From Lingula anatina (taxonomy: Eukaryota > Animalia > Brachiopoda): a DNA stretch of 64,000 nt. The position numbers and the translations under genes were made by a program. The stretch spans positions 21,948,001 through 22,012,000 of the forward strand of contig CM120645.1 in assembly GCA_051362555.1 (NCBI GenBank). The letters are read 5' to 3'. Under the pieces are notes generated by a model. That model saw nothing but the letters and a program-made list of their open reading frames with translations, searched no databases and was not told the origin of the DNA. This document shows, piece after piece, positions 30,886 to 44,659 of this stretch. How positions within the stretch are numbered: position 1 is the first letter of the stretch; the number at the start of each line of letters is the position of its first letter.

Positions 30886-31826
30886 ACTCCATCTCAGATG
30901 TCATCTCACACTACGCGCAACGCCAACTTCTCAATTTTATAGACATTTATGACAATAAGTCATGTGATAGTCACCACTGACTTGAGAATTTTATGGTCGA
31001 TTTATCCGTTTAATAAAGTTTATTAAAACATAAATCTGCCTCTTTATTTCTGAAGGACAGGGATATACTTTCCCTAAGAAACATCCAAGTTCCCACGCCG
31101 CGCATGGGTGTCGCGGTCGCTCGGGCCCGACCCCTCGCGTTACAATACTTAAAGAAATTTAAAACCAGTCACAAAGCTTAGGCACTGTCTCAATGTATAT
31201 GTTTATGGGACCCAAGGGCAGGAGGGTCCAAACGTTTATGTATTAATATTATGTTCTTTGGCAGTGAGGACAGACGTTCACTTGAATGTCATTTTCACAA
31301 ACCACAGTTGGGACGTTTTCTTTTGACTTATCCTTGGTGATTTTTCACTGTGTTGTGCAAAAGAAAAGCCATCTATCACCGACTCAAAAAAAAAAAAAAA
31401 CTCATGGCGACCATCCTCAGTCACCACCTTATAATCGCTTTCTATGATATCGTTCCCTCCCAGCACATCGTCCAAATAACTACCTGTGAAAAAAATCGTC
31501 AGCATACAGCGCCGCTTTGACACTACTGATCTCGAACTCTAACGCGAAATAACGCATATAAAATCAATCTCCAAGCGGAGGAGAGCGACCCAGACGAAAC
31601 CTTGAGACAGGAGGCCCCCCGTAGCTAGCTCCGCCCACCGTAACAGACATCGGACAATAGAGAGGCTTGCGTGTAATCTCCTTCTGTTATAACTCCTTGC
31701 TTAAACCAAGTGTTTTGGTTTCTCCCTTCTTTATTTAAGCACAGTCCCCCCCCCCCCTCTTTTTTTCAGGACTCTGCAGCTGATGAAGGTCACTTGTTGA
31801 CCGAAAAGCGCTTTCTGCAACCAGTC

Positions 31827-32234
31827 TGTTGCGAATACAAAAACATAATTTTCCGGTGGAGGTATAAACATTTATTTACACACGTCTTGACACAAACTGT
31901 TGACGGTGAACTGAAATAATTAAAACAAATGAAACAAATGAAAGTAACTGAATAAACAAATATAAATTTCAACTTAATACAAATATCACAATAAAGAAAT
32001 TACAATAAAACACAAATATAAAATAACTAAATGCTGCCTCCACTCATTCGCGTACAGTACTAGGCGTGTTCCAACCATGACAGTACATGGTGACGTTTTA
32101 TTACCACTCAACAGAACACCAATCATCCAACATATGAGGGCGCCACTCACACCAAGACGAGACAACACAAAGTAAACATGACAAACAACACAAACAAACG
32201 AAACAAAAAATTGCCGACGACACTGTCGGCAACA
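31827..32234 (-). repeat. BEL/Pao 3' LTR (408 bp)
   Basis: Near-identical to 37483-37904 apart from a 14-bp indel and a few substitutions. Confidence 0.95.
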
Positions 32235-32389
32235 CTCAGCCCACAAAAAAAAAAAAAAATAATAATAATAATAATTACTGTCTTCCAGTTCTTAATAGAA
32301 TTATCATACTCAATACTTAATTTAAAAGACAGAATCTAGAAAGTGTCCACTTGTTTATCTTAGACAAATCCTTAAAAATCCTTAAACAT

Positions 32390-35300
32390 CTAAACATCTC
32401 CTTCTAACAACACCAGTTTAGAGATCGGTCTCACAAAAGTTGACGAATTGGTACGCACAGAAGCGCTTCTTACCAAGCCATCTCTGCCGATCTTAACAGA
32501 TTCAACAATCGCCAAAGGCCACATTCCTCTGGGCATAGATGCATCTACAATAAGTACGAGATCACCTACTTTCAAATTTTCCTTTGCATACTGCCATTTA
32601 GAACGGGATTGCAACAACGGCAGGTACTCATTTGTCCATCTTTTCCAAAACTGAGAAACTATGTATTGCGCATGTCTCCATAATTTCCTGTACGTGTCAG
32701 CAGTATGAAAATCACCCCAGGGAAGAGAATGGATGCCACGGATAGCCAATAAGTGATTTGGAGTCAGTGCATTTCAATCAAATGCATCGTCACTGCTACG
32801 TGTTATTGGCCGACCATTTATGATACATTCGCATTCACACATCACTGTTTGCAACACATAATCGGACAACGATCTGCTTGAGGGGGATGCAAGGAGAGCC
32901 ATGAGAATTTTCCTGATAATCCTTATCATTCGTTCCCACACGCCTCCAAAGTGTGATGCATGAGGGGGGTTAAATACCCAATCAATACCTTTACGTCTAG
33001 CTTCAGATATGACCTAAGCCTTATCCATTTGACGCAAACAGCGCGCCATTTCGGCGTCCGCTCCAACCAGGTTTGTAGCGTTATCACTGTATACCTTGCT
33101 AGGATATCCTCTCCTAGCAACAAAACGGATGAAACCGTTAATAAATGAATCAGTCTCTAAACTGTCCAGAACTTCAATATGCACAGCCCTTGTTTTAAAA
33201 CAAGTAAAGACACAGCCGTACCGTTTTGCCACCGCGCGACCAACTTTAACCTTAAGGGGGCCAAACAAATCAACACCAACTACGTTAAAGGGGGGACCTC
33301 CACTTTGACATCTCACGTCTGGTAAATCTGCCATTTTCTGTATCATAGGTGATGAATACAATCGTTTGCAAACTACACACCTTTTCCCAACCTTTTTAAC
33401 AATACTCCTGCAACCAACAATCCAGAATTTTCTGCGGATGTTTCTAAGAGTCCACTCGGTGCCCAAATGAGCGTCACCGTGAAATTCACGGACGATAAGA
33501 TCAGAAACAACATGATCTTTCGGCAAAATCGGAGGTTGCTTGCATTCCATAAAAGAATGCACTAATCGACCGCCTACGACCAAAACGCCGTCACGCATGA
33601 TTGGAGACAATTTGTAAATCGCGCTCGACTTAGAAACGCGGCCGGTCTTTAGCAAGTCTCTAATTTCGCCGGAGTATGCAGTCTTCTGGACCACTTTAAT
33701 TATGCAAAGCTCCGCTTCCTTCAATTCAGTTGCTCTGATTTGACCCCTTTTCACGACTTTCGTATGCAAAAAATCACGGAATCGAAGCAGCCACGCTACT
33801 GCCTTGCACAATCTGTAGTAGCTTGAAAATTGTTGAAAAAGTCTATCCAAAATAGACTCCCGTATCGCGCCAGCATCAGCCGCGTCATCGACTTCAGACA
33901 AGTCAGTAAATTCACATGTTGCGATTAACGCGTCATCAGAGATATCAACCATCTCAAACGCCGGCCAGTTAGACTTGTGGTCTTTCAAAAATTCAGGGCC
34001 TTCACGCCAGGTTTTTGGTATATCACATGAGTTACAACCGCGTGACAACACATCGGCCGGGTTGACGTTTCCTGGGACATGACGCCATTGACTAGGGTCA
34101 GAATTTTCTCTAATCAGAGATACCCTATTTGCTACAAACGTCTTAAAACGCCTAGATTCATTTGAAATATAACCCAGGGCAACTTTACTGTCGCTCCAGT
34201 AAGTTGTATGCATTAGGTCTAAGTCGAGCTCGCGACGCACTAATGAATCAAGTTGAACTGCTGTGACACACGCCGACAGTTCCAGTCTGGGAATTGTAAC
34301 TTGTTTCAATGGAGCGAGACGACCTTTAGAAGCTAATAATGCAACATGGATTTTTCCGTCAGGATTGACTGATCGCACATATGCACAAGCTCCAAAAGCG
34401 TGCTGACTTGCATCACAGAATACGTGTAGTTCTGATACTCCAGCTGAACATTCCTCTGGAATGACACATCTCATAAACTTGAGATCTTTCAATTCCTCTA
34501 AAGATTGGATCCAGTCAATCCAGGCGACTGACAATTCATGAGGAATGGAATCGTCCCAATCTAATTTCAGCCTTGTCGCCTCCTGGAAAAGCAATTTCCC
34601 ATGTAAAACGACGGGAACAATCAAACCCAGTGGGTCATACATACTGGCCACTACGCCCAGCATATTGCGTCTAGTAATCTCCTGACTTTTGTCAATTTTG
34701 AAAGTATAGTGAAAAACATCCAAATCAACTTCCCACATCATACCCAACGCTTTTGCATGCACCCCATGAGTCAGCTCTTTCACCTCAACTGCCCGATCTT
34801 CATGGGCAATAACATCTAACAGCTCAGAATCATTGACTACAAATTTGGTAAGTTTGAAACCCCCATCACGAAGAGCCCTTTTCACATCGACAATTACCTC
34901 AAGGGCATCTTCTTTTGTCTTCACAGACTTCAACATGTCGTCAATGTAAAAATTCCGCTGAACCGTCCCACGCACCAAATCAGTGACGTCATGATCCTGC
35001 ACAGTGCGCCTAAGCGCAAAACAACTAGCACTACCTGCCCACTTACCTCCAAACAGGTGGACGCGCATACGATAATGCACGAGTGAGTCATTCTCCCACC
35101 ATAAGAAGCGTAAAGCATTTCTGTCCTTTTCTGGGACTATGACTTGGTAGTACATACATTCAATATCCGCCATTGTGGCATATTTAAATTGACGGAAACG
35201 CACAAGTATGCCAATCAGCGTATTTGTCAAGTCGGGGCCCTGCAAACACTGGTCATTGAGACTGATTCCTTGACACTTACAGGCACAATCAAACACAATG

Positions 35301-37471
35301 CGCAGTTTGTCAGGCTTAGATGGGCTCGTGACACAATGGTGAGGGATATACCAAACAGATTCGTTGCGCCAATCAATTTCTTTTTCAGGGACCTTCTCAG
35401 CGTAACCCTCGCTGAGCAATTTCCTCATGTTCTCATCATACCTGTTGAACATGTCATCCCTTCTAAGTCTACGCTCCAACCCCTTTAGGCGATGGAGAGC
35501 AACCAAGTAATTGTCAGGGAAATTAGGCACACCTTCCGTCCAGGGAATAGGGAGGACGTAGTGGTCGTTTTCCTTGGAAACTGTGTTTTCCCACAATGAA
35601 AGAACCTTACGGTCATCCTGTGAAATTGAAAAATCATCATTTCCCGCTTCCATTTTCCATAGATTTTCAACCTTTTCTTCAATAGACACAAAGTTGGCTG
35701 AAACGTCAGCGGTATCTGACATAAGGAGAGAAGGACCGTTAAGACTCCATCCTAAAACACAACGCACCGCGTATATGTTTGATTTGCCAGTTTCGTCATG
35801 ACGCACCTCCAACGGCATTATCAAGTGGGCATTATCCATGCCAATGACCAAATCCGCGCTACTCATATCTGAATAATCGCTAAAAGACAAATCCGCCAAA
35901 TGAGGATAACGCTCTGTCTCAACAAACCGATTTGCCCGGACGCGTATGCTAGGCACAACTATCGCGTTGTAAATTGGATACGCAACAGAATTGTCATCTT
36001 GAGGTGACACATAGAACGAAACTACGGCTGAGTTGATTCCCTTCACATCGTCAATAGTACTTAATTGACATTTCACCTGCCCTGTGCTTCTCAAAGAAAG
36101 TTCTGATACCAGTTTCTCAGAAATGAAAGTGGATGTAGAGCCACTATCGAGCAGTGCTAAAGCCGATCTATCGCCATTTATCTTTACAGCCACAATTGGT
36201 AAATTCACGCTTCGCGACTCTGTCTGAGTACAGGTATGTGACGCAATGGGGGGAGTGAGATCTGTTTTCACAAAAACGTGTACAAATTTAGAATGTTTCA
36301 TTCCACAACCCGGCACGCTGCATACAGACTTTTTTCTACACTGACTGGCAAAATGTCCCGCCCTCAAACAATTATAACACAACTTGGTGCGTCTAACAAT
36401 ATCCAAGCGCATCTGAGGCTCTTTACTTTTGAACATGTCACACTGAAACAACCCATGTGATTGTTTACACACTACACACGGAGGGACATCCATATCATCA
36501 CTCGCACTCAGCCCAGTCATGCTTGCTAATGATACAGAAGGGTTGACTTTCACTCGCCCATACAATGAACATTCACCATACACAGGGTCACATGCATCAG
36601 CAGCATACTTCATCATGAAAACAGTAAATTCTTTAAAAGTTGGATATCTGTTATCATCGTTTTTGATTTTAAGAGCATGCTTTCGCCACCTATCACCTAC
36701 GTGTCCTTTACACCTCTTAACTATGCGTAATATAGAATTCTGGTTGTCAATTTCATTACTCATTTTCAACCTTTCTAATGTTAACTGAGTCATCTGAAGT
36801 TCATCAGCTAGACTTTGGAGCTCCGTAGGCGAAGAAATGCTTCCACCACTTGTGAGATTCTCGATTAAATGTCTCGCCACCAAATGGTCATTTCCGAACC
36901 TATCTTTCAAAATGGCACGCGCTGCTTGGTATCCAGATTCACCGCCGATGATGATACAGTTTTTGATAGCTTTCTTAGCAGCTCCGCTGGTAAATTGTAT
37001 CAATCTAGTTAATTTTACCTGACCGCTTTCAATTTTATTCCCAACTAGCTCATCAAAGAGCGCGCAAAAGTTATGATATTCCTTTGGATCACCGTTAAAT
37101 GGCTCTAAGTCAGCCTTTGGGATAGATAAGTAATTAAACAGTTTTGTTTCAGTGTCAGTTGATAGTTTGTCTTCCTTAGGAACATTAGAAGTATTGTTTA
37201 AGAATGATTTCCCAAGTTTCATACCTTCGATATATCGTACCTCTACAGCTCGGAACCATTCTTCACTTTCATCTAACTGGTTATATTCCAATTCAGCATG
37301 GTATGCATCATTTGACGCTTCGAATTGTTGAAACGTGTCCGTAAGTCTGTCCAATGCAATTTCTACTGCCCTAGCGTCCTCACACGCGACTGCTCGTTCG
37401 ATGTGTCCAATAGCCTTTGTGACCGCGCCCCTACGGGCACGACGCACATGTACTAACTCTTCTGATGCCAT
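32390..37471 (-). pseudogene. BEL/Pao gag-pol polyprotein (Gag with three zinc knuckles, protease, RT, RNase H, integrase, C-terminal DUF5641-like region) with two in-frame stops
   Basis: CYNCLRAGHFASQC, LLDSGS, NFYIDD, VFCDAS, GVDLFGP, SDNATN. The frame continues past TAG at 33014-33016 (WVFNPPHASHFGGVWERMIR) and a TGA near 32775 to FWKRWTNEYLPLLQ. Confidence 0.93.
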
Positions 37472-37482
37472 TGTTATTTCAC

Positions 37483-37904
37483 TGTTGCGAATACAAAAAC
37501 ATAATTTTCCGGTGGAGGTATAAACATTTATTTACACACGTCTTGACACAAACTGTTGACGGTGAACTGAAATAATTAAAACAAATGAAACAAATGAAAG
37601 TAACTGAATAAACAAATATAAATTTCAACTTAATACAAATATCACAATAAAGAAATTACAATAAAACACAAATATAAAATAACTAAATACATACATAACA
37701 ATGCTGCCTCCACTCATTCGCGTACAGTACTAGGCGTGTTCCAACCATGACAATACATCGTGACGTTTTATTACCACTCAACAGAACACCAATCATCCAA
37801 CATATGAGGGCGCCACTCACACCAAGACGAGACAACACAAAGTAAACATGACAAACAACACAAACAAACGAAACAAAAAATTGCCGACGACACTGTCGGC
37901 AACA
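37483..37904 (-). repeat. BEL/Pao 5' LTR (422 bp)
   Basis: Paired with 31827-32234; ends 11 nt upstream of the gag ATG. Confidence 0.95.
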
Positions 37905-40734
37905 CAGTCCAACCCGCCTTTTTTCGTTTCCCCCGCCGCACTGTGTGTATCTCGTACAGTCGGCCCTTCAGGTCAAACACATACAGAGGCGAGACACCTC
38001 TCTCACATCATACCGAAGTGAAACAACAGCCAATAATATTGAATACGGCAATAAACAGTTATCTAACATAATTCGAATCAGATATATAAGACGGACACGA
38101 TCTATCACCGTTGTCATCTCTTCACAAACACGTGATAACGCATCTAAGGGACTTTTATACTTCAATCTAAACTCTAACGTCTCAAAAGCAATCTCAAAGC
38201 TTTTAACCAGGGGCGCTGTCAAAACACACGTCCCCAGAAGCCCAGTCCTGGATCGTGTTATTTTGATAAGAGTTAGTTTAACTAAGACATGAGCCGACCA
38301 CCCCTAAACAACAAATATTAAATCGCAACTACAAAGGAGAGGATGTGGTGTGGTGTGAAGATAGCCACAGAGACAAGAGTTCAAAGTAAATGTACAGGAA
38401 AAACGAGAGGATGAAGACAGTAAGTGGTTTTATTCCTTTTGTTATTTTCATAATATTCATTTATTTTCATTTTTAATAATTGATTATCAGTGTGTGTTGA
38501 TAAATTACCAAGTCTTTGATTTTATTACATTCTCAATGTCTATTGTAGTGGTACATGCATTCTTGTAATTCTCAATCCTGATACTTTATCTGGATTTTTT
38601 TTAGTCAGACATGCTGTTCCCTTTACCCAGTTATGTTTAATACGTTATTATACATTATATTTTGATATCATTTCGTTATATCTTCACAGAAACCGTTCAG
38701 AAGGACACCGCACTGGAAAAAAGGAAAGGGCGATAGCAGCACTGAACAAGGGGAAGGTGTTGAAAGGGGCAACGGCAGAAATATCTGACGCGGGGGTCTG
38801 CCAGGCTAAAGAAGTGCTCAAATTGATGTGTGGAAAATAATTTACACGCAAGGACGATTTGAGTCCACAGTTGTAGATTAGATAATATCACGGTATTCAA
38901 CATGAAAAATGTTAATATATCTCCTTTACGGTGATTGATTTTTACTTACTGTTTTTATATATATTGTTATTTCATTTGAACATATATTTGTATATATTTT
39001 TGCTGTGATCCCAAGTAAACTGATATGTTTTAATTCAGGCCCAGTCTTGAAAGTCTAATTGGGGAGGGGAATGACCACGGTACGCCGGAAGCTAAATCAT
39101 CAATACACAAATCACGGTGTATTATTATCTCACTGATTTTAAAAATATCCTGAAAATCACGTATCACCGGGTATAATGTCTTCGTTTCACGAAGGGCGGA
39201 GAATAAACAATTTGCATTCACAAGTCACGTGAATGGGGTGCTTCACGAATCACGCTAAATAAGATGAACGTTTCACACACCTCAAGAAATAAATAGTGTA
39301 TTTTCTACAGATTTATTCTGAAAGTACATTTTTCTCTTGGAATTTGAGCAGCATTTATTTGATTTTGGTTAAATACTTTAAGTTTGTCGGATATTTCAGG
39401 TACATAATGTGTTGCGTTTCTCTTGTTTTTAATTTTCCCATATTTTTAATGTTATTTTATTTCTTTAGCCTACACATTTTGTAGGGGTTTTGGTGACAAT
39501 ATTTCCTCTTTCCTTGGAAGCTAGGCTTCATCGCCTTACTCAATGTACACAAAAATACCTAATGAGTGTAATTTTTAAAACGGGGTCGGGCAATTAGGGC
39601 ACACATAATTGGCATGTTATTTAACGAGCGGCCACTCTCTGCAAATACATTAAGTCGATGGATAAGTAGTAGTCGTTTTCGTTTTCATCATATGTTTACC
39701 AGATGTCAGATAAATGATGGAAAAAAGCCTGACTACTTATGAATCTGTGACATTCCTATAATTGTACTTTTGCTTAGATTTTGTTCTGGAAAGTCGTATT
39801 TAAATGTGGTTCGTATTTATTTGCGTAATTATTTTACTAGGTAAATTTTTTAATGGTATTCGCTATTGTTTAGGGTGTGTGTATAATGAGTGTACAAAAT
39901 AATACATTAGTGTAAGATTACTTTCCACTTGTGAAATATAGTAGCTGTATTGCGCTTTATAAACATAATTCCTACTGCATTGTAATGGTTATTGTTGTTT
40001 TTTGCAATAAATTACTATAATTGAAAATCCACAAGCCTTCCTCTCATTAAATGAAACGCTACATGAATTTGAAACATTATCAGTGCTATAAGTAATTGAA
40101 ATAACTATAATCGTCCATATTTGATTAGATAAGGGTAGTAAAGACTTACCTAAAAATCGCCATTATTTGATCGGAAAAGGGTTATAATGACGTACCTCAT
40201 ATCGCATTTACTTCATCGGAAAAGGGTTATAAAGACGTGTCAAAAATCGCCTATATTTGATCGGAAAGGAGTTGTAAAGAGGTTGTTTTTAGACTCCTAT
40301 ACTTGATCGGAAAGACGTAGTAATAGTGCAACTACAATTTTAAGCTTAGGCATAAAAGGGTAGTAAACCCGTAGACCCTGACCTTTCCGGTAGAGCTTTA
40401 CACCGTTGAAAAGGCTTGTAAAGAGAATATTCAGACCCATTTCCTGAAGAGTAAAAGAGCTGAAAATTGACTTTTTGTGCTGTGAAGAACAATATATATT
40501 ACAATAAACTTCTCTGCACATCAGACGCTTGTTGCCATGAACTAACATTACTTGACAATGGGCTGAGCACTTATTACAGAGTCCGATGCCATTGTTGTGC
40601 TGTGATTGGCTAGTTGAGTCACGTGAAGCCCTACTGTAGCGCCCTCGCGTATCACGTGAATGCTGCGCATTTCTGGCCATGCATGCCTGTGGGGTTCCAA
40701 TTCTCACCATGAAAATGCCAATTTCTCAAAATGA

Positions 40735-40770
<36 letters not shown>

Positions 40771-41079
40771 AAAAACTTCTAGAAGAGAATGCAATCAGAC
40801 TGGTTTTCAAACCCGAGCTGTATCTTAGTCCTATGAATCTTTTAATCTTTTGTGTGAGTTAGAGATTGGTATGTCCGTGTCACAGATCTGAGCGCCGTTT
40901 GAGTGTCATTTTCGGCTAAGAATATAAAAGTTTTAAATACACAGCAATGTTTGGAAACGCAAAATTCTTACACTTAGACAAATCTATTCCCTTTCACTTG
41001 AAAGCACAACCATTGCAATCCAACACATAGAAATATTTTGACAGACTTTCAAAGATTATGACCAATTTTTGTTACCCAG

Positions 41080-41761
41080 GGGCCGGTTTCACAAAGCAGT
41101 AGTTAGTTAGCGATCGGTAGTTAGCCTCTCGCTAGTTAGAGTGCCGTTTCACGAAGCAGTCGCTTAGTTCTCTCGCTCGTTATTGTCTCGTTGTTGCCTT
41201 GGAAATTTAACGACTGGTCAGACCAGTCGCTAACTCTAGAGTTTCATCGTACGCATGCGTAATGAGTGAAATAAAAAGGTTGCTTAGTTACCGTTGTCTG
41301 TCGTTTGTCTTTGTATCCAATATGGCGGCTACCTTTAACCGTACCGCCAGACGGCAACGTAGACTACGACGTTTTCATGAAAGGCAGAATCTATTAGAAT
41401 ATACACACGATGATGCAATTTACGAGAGGTTGCGCCTAGCTGTGACAAAAAGAGCGGCAAAAGGGTGGTGGAGATCCTTTACGACGACCTCAAAGCAGAC
41501 GTTCTTATGCATTTCCAGCCACCAAAAACTGGAGAGTTAGTGCTTTCGTGACACTTTTACGCAAGAGTTCCACTTCCGGCAGCCGGTTTCGAGACTACGG
41601 TGAGTAACGAGAGAACTAGCGACCGAACTTTACGACTGAACTTAGCGATAAGTTAACTACTGCTTCGTGAAACACCCCTCGAAAATCGCTAAGTTTGCTC
41701 GTTAGCGAGGTAGTTCAGTAGTTAGTTGTTCTAACTAACTACTGCTTTGTGAAACCGGCCC
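41080..41761 (+). mobile_element. PIF/Harbinger internal-deletion derivative
   Basis: TIR GGGCCGGTTTCACAAAGCAGTAGTTAGTTAG, TSD CAG. Keeps a transposase-like N-terminus MAA...RRFHERQNLLEYTHDDAIYERLRL (cf. HARBI1-type RxFRDRxNPLE...ExYRF). Confidence 0.85.
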
Positions 41762-41814
41762 CAGTATCGTCGACATGCAATTGATAAATAATGTAGCAAG
41801 TAATATAATTAGCT

Positions 41815-41885
41815 CACAGCTCACACCCAGTAAATATCCATAAAAGACAGATACAGATACATATATCACCTGACAGAAAGTTGGG

Positions 41886-41922
<37 letters not shown>

Positions 41923-42730
41923 TCCAACCATGCTGTTTATTCGAACCTGGGCAGAATTTTATGAATATTCATCATTCCTGCAAGCATAAAGAAAATCGGC
42001 CAAATGGTTTCCACATGATTTGTTATCTGTATTGCATATATGCTGGAAAAAGTGAAATAAAAATAGTTTTGGAAAAAAATGCTCTGATCATGCCGATTTA
42101 CGAATTGGACCTGTATTGTAGCAATGATCACACTTTTAAAATGAACACAATAGGTCTATCGGTTTTCTGTGAAAAGGTTTTTCCTTTATTTCATAACTTG
42201 TAATGTATGCTGAAAGAAAAAAAAAAAAAAAAAAGCGACAGCATCACTTCTAGAAAAATAGTCCGATTTCGAACTTGAACTGTAACTCAGCTGTAGTCTG
42301 TAGCTCAGTTGAAGCAAAGACCCTTGGCTTTTCTGACGTTACAGTACGACGTGTCCAACAAATGTCGCTTTTTTCATATTGAGATGGGGGTTTTCTTAAA
42401 GGCTTTTTTCTACTAACAGATTGTTCTTATACTATTTATATGGCGGTAATCGATTCAAGCATCTCTAGGGGATCATCTCTAGTGTACAGATTGAGTACTG
42501 AATGTACAAAATTTGAGAAATGGACTTAAATTACGTGACGCAAACCCTATAAGTAACATTGAATACTTCTATAAGTTTGAAAACAATAGGCCTGTCGGTT
42601 TTCCCTTGATAAGTGTGGTTTGTATCGCATATACATGTATGCCGAAAAAGGGAAAGAACAGTATAACTTTTGAAAATAAGTTTGGATCAAGCCGATTTTA
42701 CACTCGATCTGTACTTAATGAATATTCATT
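41815..42730. mobile_element. Possible Helentron-associated non-autonomous element (HINE/DINE-like)
   Basis: (CA)n near one end and three diverged internal repeats of the type CCGATTT.CGAACTTGA.CTGTA (~42092, 42263, 42691); boundaries uncertain. Confidence 0.35.
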
Positions 42731-42906
42731 AATTCTGCAAGCTTGATGACGGTAGCTAGAACGGTTTTCCAATTATTGTGTTGTGATTGAAAGTGCTCTG
42801 GGACGTCACGACGACCACGACAACAGTAATAACAGAGGCAGGTGAAGGCTATATGTACAGACACAATATGACTGTACATAAAAATGAACAACAGCAACAA
42901 CAACAC

Positions 42907-42946
<40 letters not shown>

Positions 42947-44016
42947 TGTTCAATTAAATTGACTTTTAATAAATATTTGAGAAAATAACAGGTAATTAAA
43001 AAGGAAAAAAAAAACAACCTATTTTTGAACAATGCCGTGACTTATAGGCCTACATGAAGCTTGACTGGATTTCAATATAACTATACAGGGATCATAAATA
43101 TGAACTTTCATGAATTTTGATAAATATGAATAACTCTGATACTAAAACTTACATTTTGTGACTGACCGACGTTGCGAGCCCACCTTGATACCTTTTCTTT
43201 GGGGATCTCCAATCTGTAATTAAATAGTCAAGGATTATTTTACGCAGTGTCTGTATATTTTTTCATAAATACATACAGTACATGTACTACTACATTGTAA
43301 GTGATTATCCTTTTTTTTTCTTTTTTAATGCACTTGAATGCATTCAAGCAAGAAAACTGACCTCCCAAGGCAGAACACCCAAAGCCAACATAGAGGTGCA
43401 TTTCACATGATGAAGTATCAAAAGATAAGATTGAATGAATTCGGAGTTGTACTCGGAATTATGTGATTTTTTCTTCAGTCAACAGCTAATATTGAGATAG
43501 GTTTTACCTCCAATATTTCGATGTCTATTAGGACATCCTCTTCAGGGAATGAGGCTAGTAGTAAGTAATGTACGCCAGGTTTACCATCGGCGTGTGGATT
43601 GACGTGTGGATTGTTTGTTTGTCTGACTGTTTGTTTGTCTGTCTGTCTATCTGTTTGTTTGTCTGTCTGTCTGTTTATTTGTCTGTCTGTCTCTTTGTTT
43701 GCTTTTTTATTTGTCTGTTTGTCTGTCTGTCTGTCTGTTTGTTTGTTTTTGAGGGATGGGTAACTAAGGCTACCAATGTTTTTTTTTATTGTTTTCTTTT
43801 TTTAAGTCTTATTTATTTTTTCTTTGTTTTGAAAATCTTGTCTGCTTTGGTTTTCAGTCTCGTCTCATCTTATAGGTAAAAGTGTTGTTCCAGTGCATTA
43901 TTGGGTTGTTGCAGTATACAAACAGTGGACACAGTCCGTATATGATCGTGCCCTTGTACTCAATCAGGCGTAACAAATAGTTTACACTCCAAACAGTAAC
44001 TTTTGGGCAACTACAA

Positions 44017-44440
44017 CTTACAATAGAGATTGTCAACAGTGATGCTTACTCGCTTTCTGACTACTTTATAGCTTACAATAGATTGTGTCAACCATGATGT
44101 ACCTTATAACTTACAATAGCTCGCGTCAACAGTGAAGCTTACTTGAGTTGTCTTCCTTATAGCTTACAATAGAGTGTGTCAATAATGGAGACATAATTTC
44201 TTTTGTTTTTTGGGCAACTTTGACTTACAAAAGAGTGTGTCAATAGTGAAGCTTACTCATATTTTTGATTTCTGACTACCTTATAACTTACAATGAGTGT
44301 GTCAACAATGAAGTAGCTGTAACAAAAAATTGTGAGTTTAAGCTCACATATTGGGCAACGACGACTTACAATAGTGTGTGTAAAAAGTGACGCTTACTCG
44401 CAGTTTGGAATTCTGACTAACTTATAGCTTACAATAGCCT
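44017..44440. repeat. Eight interspersed CTTACAATAG-N-GTGTCAA motifs with variable spacers
   Basis: Copies near 44017, 44071, 44109, 44162, 44223, 44287, 44364, 44427. Confidence 0.8.
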
Positions 44441-44659
44441 TTGATCGAACAAAGAGCGGTCGGCTAACAAACTGCTTACTTAACAATAATGAATGGCGAT
44501 ATGTGTTTATTGACAAGGTAGTTTTATTTACGGAAGGGTTTACATCCTTGTCCATCATCAGAATATATGCTACGCATTTAGACTCTGGGTTATATTTTAT
44601 GAATAGCAATATTCAGGAAGTGGAAGAAAAATAAAACAACTTATACAACAGATTATTTA

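Larger units (their letters stand above)
27169..31144 (+). mobile_element. ~4-kb solo LTR (Gypsy-like) with internal tandem arrays
   Basis: TGTAAC...GTTACA termini, 4-bp TSD ATAC (27165-27168, 31145-31148), TATAAATA at 27499, AATAAA at 31012, no gag/pol. Confidence 0.75.
23874..31699. mobile_element. Non-autonomous TIR element, P-superfamily-like, containing a nested solo LTR
   Basis: Perfect 31-bp TIR CAAGGAGTTATAACAGAAGGAGATTACACGC. TSD CTTAAAC at 23867-23873 and 31700-31706 (9 bp, GCTTAAACC, if the TIR is read one base shorter). No transposase ORF. Confidence 0.85.
31827..37904 (-). mobile_element. Full-length BEL/Pao LTR retrotransposon
   Basis: Two TG...CA LTRs, 5-bp TSD CAGTC (31822-31826, 37905-37909), single gag-pol frame. 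Confidence 0.97.

Noticed and set aside
37945-38292. Overlapping ORFs on both strands next to the BEL element
   Set aside because: No recognisable domain, even after removing the BEL insertion and rejoining the flanks.
43568-43879. Hydrophobic ORF (CLFVCLSV...) and its mirror at 46748-46960
   Set aside because: Translation of the tetranucleotide microsatellite within the Polinton TIRs.
44017-44440. CRISPR-like repeat-spacer pattern
   Set aside because: Repeats are degenerate, spacers are uneven and partly similar to each other, there are no cas genes, and the context is a eukaryotic Polinton.
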